Source of the DNA: Pseudomonadota bacterium
GTDB lineage: Bacteria > Pseudomonadota > Alphaproteobacteria > Sphingomonadales > Sphingomonadaceae
Length of the DNA: 64,000 bases
Assembly (NCBI GenBank): GCA_023387085.1
Contig: JAEWIL010000047.1
Span: 1,141 to 65,140 of the forward strand
Direction of reading: 5' to 3'
Under the pieces are notes generated by a model, which saw only the letters and a list, made by a program, of their open reading frames with translations, had not been told where the DNA came from and searched no databases. This document shows, piece after piece, positions 1 to 9,897 of the stretch (position 1 is its first letter; each line of letters begins with the position of its first letter). The position numbers were made by a program, and so were the translations under genes.

Positions 1-999
1 CGCGAGCAGCGCCATCTCGTGCCCGATCTCGGTGAGCAGCAGCTTCATCATCAGCGAAATGGGACCGGGGTCCTCGCCCGCCGCGGCGCAGCTGAAGATG
101 CGATAACTCGAATAGCGGTGCGAAAGGACCGATCCCTCGATCTGCGCCAGCCGGTCGCGCACGACCGGATCGTCGATCCGGCCGACCTCCCGGGCGAGTT
201 CGACAAGCTTCGCGAACTGCTTGCCAAGGCCGTCGGCGCTGCCGATGCTCGCGCGCTCGTGCTTCAGCGTGGTGCGGCTGACGTACCAGCCCTTACCCCG
301 CTCGCCGACCTGCCACGACACCGGAGTCTCGGCGTTGTCGAAGAAAAATTCGCAGAATGTGTGCGCGCCGCCCTCGCCTGTCATCTGGCGGATCGGCCGG
401 CGGGTCACACCAGGCTGATCGAGGTCGATCAGCAAATAGGTGATGCCGTCATGCTTCGGCGCATCGGGCTCGGTGCGCACCAGCATGAACATGTGCGTCG
501 ACTGCATCCCCTGCGACGTCCAGATTTTCTGGCCGTTGATGATCCATTTGCTGCCGTCGGCGGACAGTTCGCCCTTCGTCCGCACGCTCGCAAGGTCGCT
601 GCCCGATCCGGGCTCGCTATATCCCTGACCCCAGATATACTCACCCTCGACGGTCTTGCGGATGAACAGCTCCTTTTGCTCCTCGGTCCCCTTTTCGAGC
701 AATGTCGGTACCGTCATGTTCATCCCGTTGCCGCCGACTTCCATCGGCGCGCGGGCGCGCGCAAATTCCTCGCGGATCACCTGCGCCTTGATGACGTCGA
801 CCGGTTGTTCGGAACCGCCGAAGCGCTTTGGTATCGCGCGATACAGATACCCCTGTTCGGTCGCGAGCGCGCGGAACCCACGGATGAAGCTCTTCAGGTC
901 GGCGCCGCGCGTCTCCGCGGGCGGGGGCCAGTGAGACGACAGGAACGCGCGCACTTCGGCGCGGAAAGCCTCGGCGGCTTCGCCATAGCTCAGATCCAT
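1..999 (-). CDS. acyl-CoA dehydrogenase (3' end runs off the window)
   Basis: Not in the ORF track; translated by hand from ATG at 999 (GGAG upstream): MDLSYGEAAEAFRAEVR...GYSEPGSGSDLASVRT...WIINGQKIWTS, typical ACAD motifs. Confidence 0.9.
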   Translation of the reverse strand, partial: MDLSYGEAAEAFRAEVRAFLSSHWPPPAETRGADLKSFIRGFRALATEQGYLYRAIPKRFGGSEQPVDVIKAQVIREEFARARAPMEVGGNGMNMTVPTLLEKGTEEQKELFIRKTVEGEYIWGQGYSEPGSGSDLASVRTKGELSADGSKWIINGQKIWTSQGMQSTHMFMLVRTEPDAPKHDGITYLLIDLDQPGVTRRPIRQMTGEGGAHTFCEFFFDNAETPVSWQVGERGKGWYVSRTTLKHERASIGSADGLGKQFAKLVELAREVGRIDDPVVRDRLAQIEGSVLSHRYSSYRIFSCAAAGEDPGPISLMMKLLLTEIGHEMALLA

Positions 1000-1035
1000 C
1001 TCCAGCTCTCCCTCTTTCGGCGATTCCTATGCATG

Positions 1036-1047
1036 AGTTATATAACT
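1036..1047. promoter_or_regulatory. palindromic operator A (AGTTATATAACT), copy 1
   Basis: Perfect 12-bp palindrome in a divergent intergenic region; recurs at 4929 and 8959. Confidence 0.75.
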
Positions 1048-1093
1048 ACGTCAAATATGTTGTGCGCGCGCACCGGCGTGCTAGACGCAACGC

Positions 1094-1882
1094 ATGACGA
1101 TCGATGCCGACGCTGTGCCGCACTATTTCACCGCCGAAGGCGACTGCTTTCTGCCCTCGGGCCTCGCCCGCAATCCCTGGTTCGCCAACGCCGTCGCGGG
1201 CGGACCGATCGCCGCCCTGATCGGGCATGTCGTCGAAAATGCCGTTATCGAACCCGGGTTCGAGATTTGCCGCCTGACGATCGACATCCTCGGCATCGTG
1301 CCGCAGCAACCGCTCGAGCCCAGAATCGTGGCCGTACGGCGGGGCCGGCAGGCGCAGCTTCACCGGATCGAATTGCTTGCGGCTGGCCGGCCGGCAGCAC
1401 AGGCGCATGTGCTGCTCGTGCGCCATCTCGATACGCCCGCCTTTCCCGCACCGCATCCGCATCCCGCGCCCGAAGACGTGCCGGAGGACAAGTTCCTCAT
1501 CGGCGCCAGCATGGCGGGCGCGATCCGGACGCGGCCGATCATGGGCCGGGTGCGCGAGCCGGGGCGCGGGGTCACATGGATGAGCATGAACGGCGAAGCG
1601 GTCGCGGGCTTCACCGCCTCGCCCTTCGTCAAGGCCTGCCTGTTCGCCGATTTCGGCAACGGCGTCGGCAGCGCGACGCACGCGCACGAATGGAGCTACG
1701 CCAACCTCGACATCTCGGTCCAGTTCTTCCGCATGCCGCGCGGCGAGTGGTTCCTGATCGACGCGCATACCGAGGGCGCAGGCAACGGCCATGCGGTGAC
1801 GCAAAGCCTGTTCGCCGACGTCGACGGCGTCTACGCCAAGGGCACACAGACGATATTCGTGGGGCCCGGAAGCCCTCGCTGA
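1094..1882 (+). CDS. acyl-CoA thioesterase, double hot-dog (TesB-like/4HBT_3) family
   Basis: NPW...GGPIAALI, FADFGNG, YANLDISV patterns of thioesterase-family proteins. Confidence 0.75.
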   Translation: MTIDADAVPHYFTAEGDCFLPSGLARNPWFANAVAGGPIAALIGHVVENAVIEPGFEICRLTIDILGIVPQQPLEPRIVAVRRGRQAQLHRIELLAAGRPAAQAHVLLVRHLDTPAFPAPHPHPAPEDVPEDKFLIGASMAGAIRTRPIMGRVREPGRGVTWMSMNGEAVAGFTASPFVKACLFADFGNGVGSATHAHEWSYANLDISVQFFRMPRGEWFLIDAHTEGAGNGHAVTQSLFADVDGVYAKGTQTIFVGPGSPR

Positions 1883-1883
1883 C

Positions 1884-2681
1884 TTATTCGCCGCGGAATA
1901 GCGGGGCGCGTTTCTCGGTCACCGCCGCCAGCCCTTCGCGATGATCCTTGCTGCCGAGCAGCAGCGCCTGATTGGGCAGGTTCGCCTGCCACTCGGCTTC
2001 CATGCTGCTTTCGAGCGCGCGCTGGATCGATTGCTTGACCGTCGCATAGCCAAGCGGCGCCGACGCCGCGAGTTCGCGGGCCAGTTCCATGCCCCGCCCC
2101 GCCAGTTCCTCCTTCGCCACCACTTCGCTGACAAGGCCGATGGTCAGCGCCTCGTCGGCGCGCACCTGCTTCGCGCGCAGGCACATCTCCATCGCGCGGC
2201 CTAGACCGACGATGCGCGGCAGCAGGAAGGTGCCGCCGAGCGGGGGCATGATGCCCAGCCGGATCCAGCTTTCCTGAAACATCGCATTGTCCGCCGCGAC
2301 GCGGAAATCGCAGGCAAGCGCCAGTTCGCAGCCGACCGTCACCGCCGCGCCCTGCACCAGCGCCAGCGTCGGTTTCGGACAGCGATAGATGGCGCGCGCC
2401 GCGCCCTGGAAATTGGCGTAAACCGTATCCTTGATCTCGCTTGCCGACATCCCGGTCAGCCGCTGCAGGAAGGCGAAATCGGCGCCGACCGAGAAATGCT
2501 TGCCTTCGGCCGCAAAGATGATCGCGCGAACGTCGCGCTCGGCCGACAGCGCGGCGAAGGCGTCGCGAATTTCGCCGAGCATTTCGGGCGAAGAGGCATT
2601 GCCGATATCGGCGCGTGCGACCACGACAGCCGCGATGCCATCATCGTGACGGTCGACGCGAATATGCGCAAATTCAGTCAT
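1884..2681 (-). CDS. enoyl-CoA hydratase/isomerase (crotonase) family protein
   Basis: FSVGADF, GCELALACDFRVA, DHREGLAAVTEKRAP. Confidence 0.88.
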   Translation of the reverse strand: MTEFAHIRVDRHDDGIAAVVVARADIGNASSPEMLGEIRDAFAALSAERDVRAIIFAAEGKHFSVGADFAFLQRLTGMSASEIKDTVYANFQGAARAIYRCPKPTLALVQGAAVTVGCELALACDFRVAADNAMFQESWIRLGIMPPLGGTFLLPRIVGLGRAMEMCLRAKQVRADEALTIGLVSEVVAKEELAGRGMELARELAASAPLGYATVKQSIQRALESSMEAEWQANLPNQALLLGSKDHREGLAAVTEKRAPLFRGE

Positions 2682-3474
2682 TTCCCTGGTCTTCTTGCTT
2701 CTTCTTCTCGCGCCAGATCATCGCGGTTGCGCTGGTCGCCAGCCCCATGTTCAGCGCCTCGGCATCGAGCGCGGCTTCAAATGCCCAATCTTCGGCATTG
2801 TTGAGGTTGATCTTCATATAGCGATAACCCATGCGCGGTCCGTCGACGAGGCGGCGCGCCGCCTTCATCGTCTCGTCGCGCAGCACCTCATCGTCGAACA
2901 GTCGGGTATAAATTCCCTTGGTGAACGCCTCTTCGGCGCTCAATTTCTCGCCGAGCAAAAACAGTTCGCGCGCCGCGCCGGTGCCAAGGATCTTGGTCCA
3001 GAACCAGGTCGACCCGAAATCGCCGCCGGCGCCGATGCGGTCGAACGCCGTGAAGAAGGTGGCGCTCCGGCCCGCGAAACGCAGGTCGCAGGCCCCGGCA
3101 ATGCCGATTCCCGCCCCCGCGACGGGGCCGTTGACCATCGCGATCGTCGGCTTGGGCATTTCGTGCAGCAGGCGCGACGTTTCCATGAAGCCGCGCAGCC
3201 GCGCAAATCCTTGTTCGGTGCGGCTGCCGACCTCGGGGTTCGCGGGAAGGATGGCCTTGTCCGCGCCCCCTGCCTTGAGGTCGCCGCCGGAACAAAAGCC
3301 CCTGCCCGCCCCGGTCACTACGACGCAGCCGACCGACGGATCGCGCGCCGCATCGGCACAGGCGTCGGCGAGCGGCGCCATGATCGAACCGGTCAGCGCG
3401 TTCAACCGGTCGGGCCGGTTCAGGGTGATGGTGCGGACCCCCGCATCATCGTCGATCAAAATTTCGTCAGCCAT
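2674..3474 (-). CDS. crotonase-family protein, PaaG-like isomerase type
   Basis: ITLNRPDRLNAL, FCSGGDL, AFDRIGAGGDFG; start reassigned to ATG 3474 (GGAGGA upstream). Confidence 0.88.
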   Translation of the reverse strand: MADEILIDDDAGVRTITLNRPDRLNALTGSIMAPLADACADAARDPSVGCVVVTGAGRGFCSGGDLKAGGADKAILPANPEVGSRTEQGFARLRGFMETSRLLHEMPKPTIAMVNGPVAGAGIGIAGACDLRFAGRSATFFTAFDRIGAGGDFGSTWFWTKILGTGAARELFLLGEKLSAEEAFTKGIYTRLFDDEVLRDETMKAARRLVDGPRMGYRYMKINLNNAEDWAFEAALDAEALNMGLATSATAMIWREKKKQEDQGND

Positions 3475-3477
3475 AAT

Positions 3478-3610
3478 TCCTCCCCGCTTGCGGGGAGGGG
3501 GACCGTTCTCAGAACGGTGGAGGGGCGCGCCGCATGACGCGACTTTACGCCGGACCTCCGCCCCCTCCGTCAGCGCTTCGCACTGCCACCTCCCCACTAG
3601 GGGGGGAGGA
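3478..3610. repeat. palindromic intergenic repeat / MITE-like element
   Basis: Terminal inverted repeats TCCTCCCC...GGGGAGGA, terminal hairpins CTCCCCGCTTGCGGGGAG and CCTCCCCACTAGGGGGGGAGG, internal GGAGGGG/CCCCTCC pairing; resembles alphaproteobacterial CIR/RIME-like elements. Confidence 0.65.
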
Positions 3611-3621
3611 TGGGCTTATCG

Positions 3622-4908
3622 TCAATCCCCGCCAAGCTCGCGGTGGCGGGCCAGCATCGCGACGGCCTTCTCGGCAAGGTCCTCGGGCACCGGCGGATAG
3701 AGCGGCAGCGGGCGGGCCTTGCTCGGCAGCGCGATCGTCGCGGTCGCCCGCACCGTTTCCTCATCGCGCTGGTTGGTGAATTTGACCGCCACGTCGACCA
3801 GGCTCTGCCCGCCCGCTTCGCGCTTCGCGAGCACCTCGCCCGTGACGCGCTGGACGTCGCCCATGTAATTGAACTTGCGGATCTCGTCGTGAACATGGGT
3901 GATGATCGCGTCGTCGCCCGCCCAGTCGCTCAGATATTGCCACAGGTAATTTTCGCGCATGACGCCATAGTCATACGCCATCGGGTTGCCGATGGCCTGC
4001 GCCCATACCGGGTCCCAATGGAGCCGCTGCGCGACATCGGGCACGCCATATTCATTCTTCACATAAAAGGCCGGGATGCGCTGCCGGTTCTTGTGCGCCA
4101 GGCGGTTCGCGGTCGGCGCATAGGGCACAAAGCCATAACCGCCGGCGTGGAAGCAGATGACGTCGGTGACGGTGAGCGGGCCTTTCGCCTGCAGCCCCAG
4201 CGAATCACCCTTTTCGACGCTTTCGAACCAGCGCTTTTCGGCGCCCTGGACATGCTCCTTGGCATAGATGTCCTCGATCGCCTGCATTTCCTCATCGGTG
4301 TAGGTCGCGGGCTCGATCGCCGCATATTTGCCCTTCTTGGCGGCGGTCTTGCGCTCGGTGAGCACGCGCAGGATGCGATAGACGGCGACAACCTCGCCGC
4401 GCTGGTTCATCTTGACGTCGCGGCGCACGGTAATGACCGACTTGCCCGCGAATTCGGACTGCTTGACCTCGCAGGTCTCGTCGCCGTTGAAGCTGTAGAT
4501 GGTATCGCCCGGAAAGATAGGGCGGTAAAAGTCCCATTGAGAGCCGGACACGAACACGTGGATGCCGCGGAACAGGCTTTTGCGCAGCGCCTTGATCTCG
4601 TCGGGGACGGGATCGCCCCGCATCGGCTTGTTGATGATTCCCGCCATCATGCCGGGTGCGATCACGCTGCCCCAGCGGGTCTTCTTGGCATAGGCCGGAT
4701 CGGTATAGAGCGGCTTGTCGTCACCCATGCCATGCGCGAAGTTGCGGATATTATCCTCGGTCGCGGTGGTGATATACTCGCGGGTCTTGGCCGCCTGATC
4801 GAATCCCAGCAGCTTTCGCTGCCGCTCGATGTCCTCCTCGGTAATCTCGTAGGCGACGGCTTTTTGCCACTCTTCGCTCTGCTTGATGTCGCTTTTTGCC
4901 TCACCCAT
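3622..4908 (-). CDS. tandem MaoC/FAS1-like hot-dog dehydratase
   Basis: IRNFAHGMGDDKPLY..D.AYA...WG..IAP (MaoC N-terminal pattern), FYRPIFPGDTI, second hot-dog half with LHWD. Confidence 0.75.
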   Translation of the reverse strand: MGEAKSDIKQSEEWQKAVAYEITEEDIERQRKLLGFDQAAKTREYITTATEDNIRNFAHGMGDDKPLYTDPAYAKKTRWGSVIAPGMMAGIINKPMRGDPVPDEIKALRKSLFRGIHVFVSGSQWDFYRPIFPGDTIYSFNGDETCEVKQSEFAGKSVITVRRDVKMNQRGEVVAVYRILRVLTERKTAAKKGKYAAIEPATYTDEEMQAIEDIYAKEHVQGAEKRWFESVEKGDSLGLQAKGPLTVTDVICFHAGGYGFVPYAPTANRLAHKNRQRIPAFYVKNEYGVPDVAQRLHWDPVWAQAIGNPMAYDYGVMRENYLWQYLSDWAGDDAIITHVHDEIRKFNYMGDVQRVTGEVLAKREAGGQSLVDVAVKFTNQRDEETVRATATIALPSKARPLPLYPPVPEDLAEKAVAMLARHRELGGD

Positions 4909-4928
4909 CGTATATCTCCCTTGTCACG

Positions 4929-4940
4929 AGTTATATAACT
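4929..4940. promoter_or_regulatory. palindromic operator A, copy 2
   Basis: GAGTTATATAACTAGGT between divergent dehydratase and CoA ligase genes. Confidence 0.75.
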
Positions 4941-4975
4941 AGGTAATACATGCCTCATATCGAAGCAAGGGGATA

Positions 4976-6475
4976 GTGTCGCCAATGGAAGTACGCCGCA
5001 TCAGCGATGCATTGAAGGTGCGCGCCCAGCACCAGGCCGATGAAATCGCGCATGACGATACGAGGCGGCAGATCAGCTTTGCCGAGTGGGACCGCGAAGC
5101 CGACGAAATCGGCGGCGGGCTTGCCACGGCGGGTCTCGTCCCCGGCGACCGCGTCTTCCTGCCGATCAGCAACGCGCGTGCGGTCGAAATGGCGATCGCC
5201 GTTTTCGCGGTATTTCGCGCCGGCGGCATCGCCTGCCCCGTGAACACCCGCCTCAATCCTCGCGAAATCGCCGACTATTCGGCACTTTGCGAGCCGCGCT
5301 TCTGCCTGACCGATGCGCCCGATCTCGTAAAGGATCTCGGCCTCGCGGGCTGCTGGCACGTCGATGCCATGCCGCGCGACCTCGCGGCGCTGCCCGATCA
5401 GGCCAGCCTCGACCCGATGGCCGACGCCGAAATTCTCGGCACCTCGGGAACGACCGGAAAGATCAAGGGCGTCGTCGTGTCGCATCCCGATCTGATGACC
5501 GGAGTGACGGGCTATAATATGGACCGGTCGCGCTCGACGCTGAACGCGCTGCCGCTCACCGGATCGGGGGGAAATATCGGCATCGTGATGCTGCCCGCGC
5601 GCGGCGGGGCGACGGCGATCACCCAGCCCAGGTTCGATCCCAAGGGGTTCCTCGAACTGGCGAAGGAAAAACAGCCCGACCTCGTCTATCTCGTGCCGTC
5701 GATGCTGCGCCTCGTGCTCGACCATCCCGACGTCGCGAACTACGACATGGCGGGGGTCAAATATCTGATGACCGGCACCGCGCCGCTCCCGCACGATTCG
5801 GTGAAGCGCGCGGCGGAGCTCTGGCCGCACCTGCGCATCCGCAACAGCTATGGCATGTCCGAAGGCGGCGTCGGGGTCGGAACGCGGACCCGCGAACAGG
5901 TGATGAAGCCGGGCTGCGTGGGCAAGCTGCCGGCGCACATGCAACTTCGCGACGAAAATGGCGAGGTTATCACCGCGCCGGGCGTCGTCGGGGAAATCTA
6001 TGGCTGGCAGAAGCACGCGCGGCGCTACTGGAAGGACCCCGAAGCCACTGCGGTCAGCTTCAAGGGCGGCTGGACCAAGACCGGCGACCTTGGCTACGTC
6101 GACGAGGACGGCGACCTGATCATGGCGGGCCGTTCAAAGGAATTGATCATCCGCGGCGGCTACAACATCACCCCGCTCGAGATCGAGACCGTGCTGCACC
6201 TCCACCCGGCGGTGCAGCAGGCCGCGGTCGTCGGCGTGCCGCACGAGGTGCTCGGCGAAGACATCGCGGCCGCGGTGACGCTGCGCCCCGGCGCGGAAAC
6301 GACGACGCCCGAGCAGATCATCGACTTCTGCAAGACGCATCTCGCCGACAACAAGGTGCCGCGCACCTTGGTCGTGATGGACGAGATGCCGCTCAACCCG
6401 AACGGCAAGATCCTGAAAAGGGATCTCGCCGAACCCCTGGCCCAAGCCGCGGAAGCACGGCGCCGCGCGGCCTGA
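4976..6475 (+). CDS. acyl-CoA synthetase (class I adenylate-forming enzyme)
   Basis: TSGTTGKIKG, YGMSE, TGDLG, GRSKELIIRGGYNI, GKILK. Confidence 0.92.
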   Translation: MSPMEVRRISDALKVRAQHQADEIAHDDTRRQISFAEWDREADEIGGGLATAGLVPGDRVFLPISNARAVEMAIAVFAVFRAGGIACPVNTRLNPREIADYSALCEPRFCLTDAPDLVKDLGLAGCWHVDAMPRDLAALPDQASLDPMADAEILGTSGTTGKIKGVVVSHPDLMTGVTGYNMDRSRSTLNALPLTGSGGNIGIVMLPARGGATAITQPRFDPKGFLELAKEKQPDLVYLVPSMLRLVLDHPDVANYDMAGVKYLMTGTAPLPHDSVKRAAELWPHLRIRNSYGMSEGGVGVGTRTREQVMKPGCVGKLPAHMQLRDENGEVITAPGVVGEIYGWQKHARRYWKDPEATAVSFKGGWTKTGDLGYVDEDGDLIMAGRSKELIIRGGYNITPLEIETVLHLHPAVQQAAVVGVPHEVLGEDIAAAVTLRPGAETTTPEQIIDFCKTHLADNKVPRTLVVMDEMPLNPNGKILKRDLAEPLAQAAEARRRAA

Positions 6476-6602
6476 TCAGCGCCGCTCGCTCAGGCGCGCG
6501 GCGGAATGGTCGCGATCGGATGAGCGGGCGGAACGATCTTCCGGCAGGCGTGCCGCCCGCAGGCATCAAACGGTAAAGGCGGCCGCGAAAAGACTGCGGC
6601 CC

Positions 6603-7826
6603 TTACCCTTTCAGCTTCTCGAACGGCACATCCTTGTCCATCCGCATTTCGCCCGGCATGCCGAGCACGCGCTCGGCGATCTGGTTGCGCAGCACTTCGT
6701 CCGCGCCGCCGGCGATGCGCATCACGGTCGAATAGATATAGTCATACCGGACGTCGCCTGTCGCGGTGTCATCGGCCTCGGCGGCGATCCCCGCGAGCCC
6801 GCGCAGCTCGAGCGCAAGGCCGTTGGTCTTCTGGTAGCGCGACGCATAGGCCAGCTTGACCATGCCCGCCAGCGCGCCGGGATTCTCCCCCTTCGACACC
6901 ATCGTGCGCAGCCGCGCCTGGAAAAAGCGTTCGCCCTGCTCCTCGGCCAGTGCCTCGGCCAGCTGCTGGCGGATCGCGCCGTCGTCGAGCATCGTTCCGC
7001 CCCGGCCATCGGGGGTCGCGGCGGCATAGCCGAGCAATGGTTCGACCCCGCTGCGATGCGCGCCCGAGCCCAGCCGTTCGCCCATCAACACCGTCATGCA
7101 GCACGCCCAGCCCTCGCCCTCGGCGCCCAGGCGATTGGCGTCGGGAATGCGAACGTCGGTCAGAAAGGTCTCGTTGAACTCGCTCGCCCCCGAAATCTGG
7201 CGGATCGGGCGCGTCTCGATTCCCGGCGTCTTCATGTCGACGACAAAGAAGGTCAGCCCCTTGTGTTTCGGCACCGTCGGGTCGGTCCGCACGACCAATA
7301 TCCCCCAGTCGGTCAGATGCGCCCAACTCGACCAGACTTTCTGGCCGTTGACGATCCAGTCGCCGCTGCCGTCATCGGCGCGCACCGCCTTGGTCCGCAG
7401 GCCCGCCAGGTCGGACCCCGCGGCGGGCTCGGAAAAAAGCTGGCACCAGGTAATGTCGCCCTTCAGCGTCGGCTCGATGAATCGCGCCTTCTGCTCTTCG
7501 GTGCCGTGCCTGGCGATCACCGGCAGCGCCATGCCGGTTCCGATCGAGATGAACGGACCTTTCGGCAGATGATATTTGCCTTCCTCCTCGGCAAAGATCA
7601 CAGCCTCGATCCCCGACAGGCCGCGTCCGCCGAGCGGCTTGGGAAAGGTCAACCCCGACCAGCCTCCGGCATAGAGAGCGCGCATCCACGCGCGGCCGCG
7701 ATCAGCCTCTTCGGTGTCGGGAATTGCGACGCCGGCGGGAAGTTCGTGCGCGGGCGCATTCGCGGCCAGCCAACTGCGCGCTTCGGCCCGGAACGCGGCC
7801 TCTTCGGGGCTGTCGTTGAAATCCAT
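6603..7826 (-). CDS. acyl-CoA dehydrogenase (larger subunit of a heteromeric pair)
   Basis: WCQLFSEPAAGSDLAGLRT, NGQKVWSS, RIAGGADEVLRNQIAERVLG. Confidence 0.92.
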   Translation of the reverse strand: MDFNDSPEEAAFRAEARSWLAANAPAHELPAGVAIPDTEEADRGRAWMRALYAGGWSGLTFPKPLGGRGLSGIEAVIFAEEEGKYHLPKGPFISIGTGMALPVIARHGTEEQKARFIEPTLKGDITWCQLFSEPAAGSDLAGLRTKAVRADDGSGDWIVNGQKVWSSWAHLTDWGILVVRTDPTVPKHKGLTFFVVDMKTPGIETRPIRQISGASEFNETFLTDVRIPDANRLGAEGEGWACCMTVLMGERLGSGAHRSGVEPLLGYAAATPDGRGGTMLDDGAIRQQLAEALAEEQGERFFQARLRTMVSKGENPGALAGMVKLAYASRYQKTNGLALELRGLAGIAAEADDTATGDVRYDYIYSTVMRIAGGADEVLRNQIAERVLGMPGEMRMDKDVPFEKLKG

Positions 7827-7827
7827 C

Positions 7828-8919
7828 TTATGCCGCCTTCACCTGACTGCCCGGTTGCGCATTGAGCAAGCGGTCGGCCCAAAAGCCGCGATTGCCCAGA
7901 TGCACCGCCAGCATACGCTCGCGCCGGTAATAAAAATGGCAGTTCGCCTCGAACGTGTATCCGATCCCGCCATGGACCTGCAGATTCTCGCGCGCCGCCA
8001 TTTCCAGGCATTTGATCCCCGACAGGCGGGCGGCTGCGGCTGCGGCGGGCAGATCGTCGGGCGACGATTCGGCGGCCCAGCCACCATAATAGGCGTTCGA
8101 CCGCGCCAGTTCGGTTGCCACCGCGACATCGGCCAGCTTGTGCTTGATCGCCTGAAATCCGGCTAGCGGCCGTCCGAATATCTGCCGCTCCATCGCATAA
8201 TCGCGCGCCATGTGCAGACAGGCTTCGGCGGCGCCGACCGCTTCGAAAGCCGACTGTACGGCTGCCTGATCGACAAGTCGGTCGAGCACGCCGGTGCCCG
8301 GCATCGCCTCGGCGCCCGCGCGCTCGAAATCGATCCGGTAATGCGGGCGCAGTTGGTCGAAGCTGTCGAGTCTGGTCCGCCGCACCCCGGGCTGATCGAG
8401 TTCGACCAGCGCGCAATTGCCGCCTGCGACCAGCACCACGGCGATATCGGCGATTCCGGCGTCGGCGACGGGGGACTTGACCCCAGACAGCGCGCCGTCC
8501 GCCAGCTTCGCCCCGGTCGCAAACACCGGCCCCGGCCCTTCGGCATAGGCAAAGGTCGCGACCGCCTCGCCGCTCGCCAGCTTCGGCAACCAAGCGGCTT
8601 TCTGGGCATCGCTCCCCGCGAGCCGTATCGCCTCTGCCGCCAGCACGATCGAGCTCAGGAACGGGACCGCGGCATTGGCGGCGCCCAGCGCTTCCATGAT
8701 GACGCCAAGATCGAGCGCGCCGAGCCCCAGCCCGCCGTGCTCCTCGGGAATTGCGGCGCCCAGAAAGCCCATTTCGGCGAGTGCGCGCCACAGCGGCTCG
8801 TCCCATTCGGCACCCGAATCGATCAGCGTGCGCAGCCGGTCGTAAGGTGACATATCGGCAAGCAGCGCGCGCGCTTGCTCGCCGAGCATTTTCTGTTCAT
8901 CGCTGAGGTCGAAATTCAT
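7828..8919 (-). CDS. acyl-CoA dehydrogenase (smaller subunit of a heteromeric pair)
   Basis: MNFDLSDEQ, RQIFGRPLAGFQAIKHKLAD, QVHGGIGYTFE; adjacent to partner gene. Confidence 0.9.
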   Translation of the reverse strand: MNFDLSDEQKMLGEQARALLADMSPYDRLRTLIDSGAEWDEPLWRALAEMGFLGAAIPEEHGGLGLGALDLGVIMEALGAANAAVPFLSSIVLAAEAIRLAGSDAQKAAWLPKLASGEAVATFAYAEGPGPVFATGAKLADGALSGVKSPVADAGIADIAVVLVAGGNCALVELDQPGVRRTRLDSFDQLRPHYRIDFERAGAEAMPGTGVLDRLVDQAAVQSAFEAVGAAEACLHMARDYAMERQIFGRPLAGFQAIKHKLADVAVATELARSNAYYGGWAAESSPDDLPAAAAAARLSGIKCLEMAARENLQVHGGIGYTFEANCHFYYRRERMLAVHLGNRGFWADRLLNAQPGSQVKAA

Positions 8920-8958
8920 TGCAGGACTTGCCCCGTTGTTGCCACCTGTGTCATAGCG

Positions 8959-8970
8959 AGTTGTATAACT
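8959..8970. promoter_or_regulatory. palindromic operator A, copy 3 (AGTTGTATAACT)
   Basis: One mismatch to the palindrome, same GAG...AGGTCAA flanks, divergent intergenic region. Confidence 0.7.
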
Positions 8971-9010
8971 AGGTCAACCATGACAAATGCCGGAAGAGGA
9001 CGCTCTGCTC

Positions 9011-9811
9011 ATGCAATATGAAACCATCCTCGTCGATGTCGCCGATCATATCGCGACGATCACGATCAACCGGCCTGAAGCGATGAACAGCTTTACCAGG
9101 CGGATGATGGACGAATTCGAACATCTGTGGAAGTGGATCGCGCGCGAGGACGATATCCACTGCTGCGTCCTGCGCGCGGCCCCCGGAAAGGCCTGGTGCA
9201 CCGGCGTCGACGTCAAGGAATCGCAAAAGGAAGGCGGCACGGTCGTCGACCTCGCCAACATCTGGCATTGCGAGGATCCCGGCAATTACCTCGGCCCCAA
9301 GTCGATGAACTGCTGGAAGCCGGTGATCGCAGCGGTGCATGGCATGGCCGCAGGCGGCGCCTTCTATTGGCTCAACGAGAGCGACATCATCATCTGTTCG
9401 GAAGATGCGACCTTCTTCGACCCGCACGTCACTTACGGGATGACAAGCGCGCTCGAGCCGATCGGCATGACCTATCATATGCCTCTCCACGACGTGCTCC
9501 GCATGGTGCTGCTCGGCAATGACGAACGCATCGGGGCGGGAACGGCGCTCCGGATCGGCCTCGTCAGCGAAATTACCACGCTCGAGGATCTGTGGCCGCG
9601 TGCGCAGGAACTGGCGGAGACGATCGCGGCGAAGCCGCCCGCGGCCACCGCGGGATCGGTTAAGGCGATCTGGGAATCGCTCGACCTGCCGCGAAGCGTC
9701 GCGCTCCAGCAGGGTCTCAAATATTGCCAGATCGGCAATCCCGTGGGCGTGCCGCAAGTCAACCGCGCCGCGCTGATGGCCGACAAGGCCAAGAAATTCA
9801 CGGTTCGTTAG
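9011..9811 (+). CDS. crotonase-family protein with non-canonical active site
   Basis: ITINRPEAMNSF, KPVIAAVHGMAAGGAF, FFDPHV; start at ATG 9011 after GAGGA. Confidence 0.85.
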   Translation: MQYETILVDVADHIATITINRPEAMNSFTRRMMDEFEHLWKWIAREDDIHCCVLRAAPGKAWCTGVDVKESQKEGGTVVDLANIWHCEDPGNYLGPKSMNCWKPVIAAVHGMAAGGAFYWLNESDIIICSEDATFFDPHVTYGMTSALEPIGMTYHMPLHDVLRMVLLGNDERIGAGTALRIGLVSEITTLEDLWPRAQELAETIAAKPPAATAGSVKAIWESLDLPRSVALQQGLKYCQIGNPVGVPQVNRAALMADKAKKFTVR

Positions 9812-9897
9812 CGACGGCGTCAGCGCCGCCTGGCGCTCGCGTCAAAGACCGGTCGCACGGTCCCGATCAACGTTAGAGGGTGAGGAAACCAACGCGC

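Noticed and set aside
19..1944. 641-aa plus-strand ORF
   Set aside because: Antisense shadow of the minus-strand ACAD (1-999) running out of frame through the thioesterase; no recognisable motifs
2674..3597. Extended N-terminus of the crotonase through the palindromic repeat
   Set aside because: Extension is the translated repeat; homology and RBS point to ATG 3474
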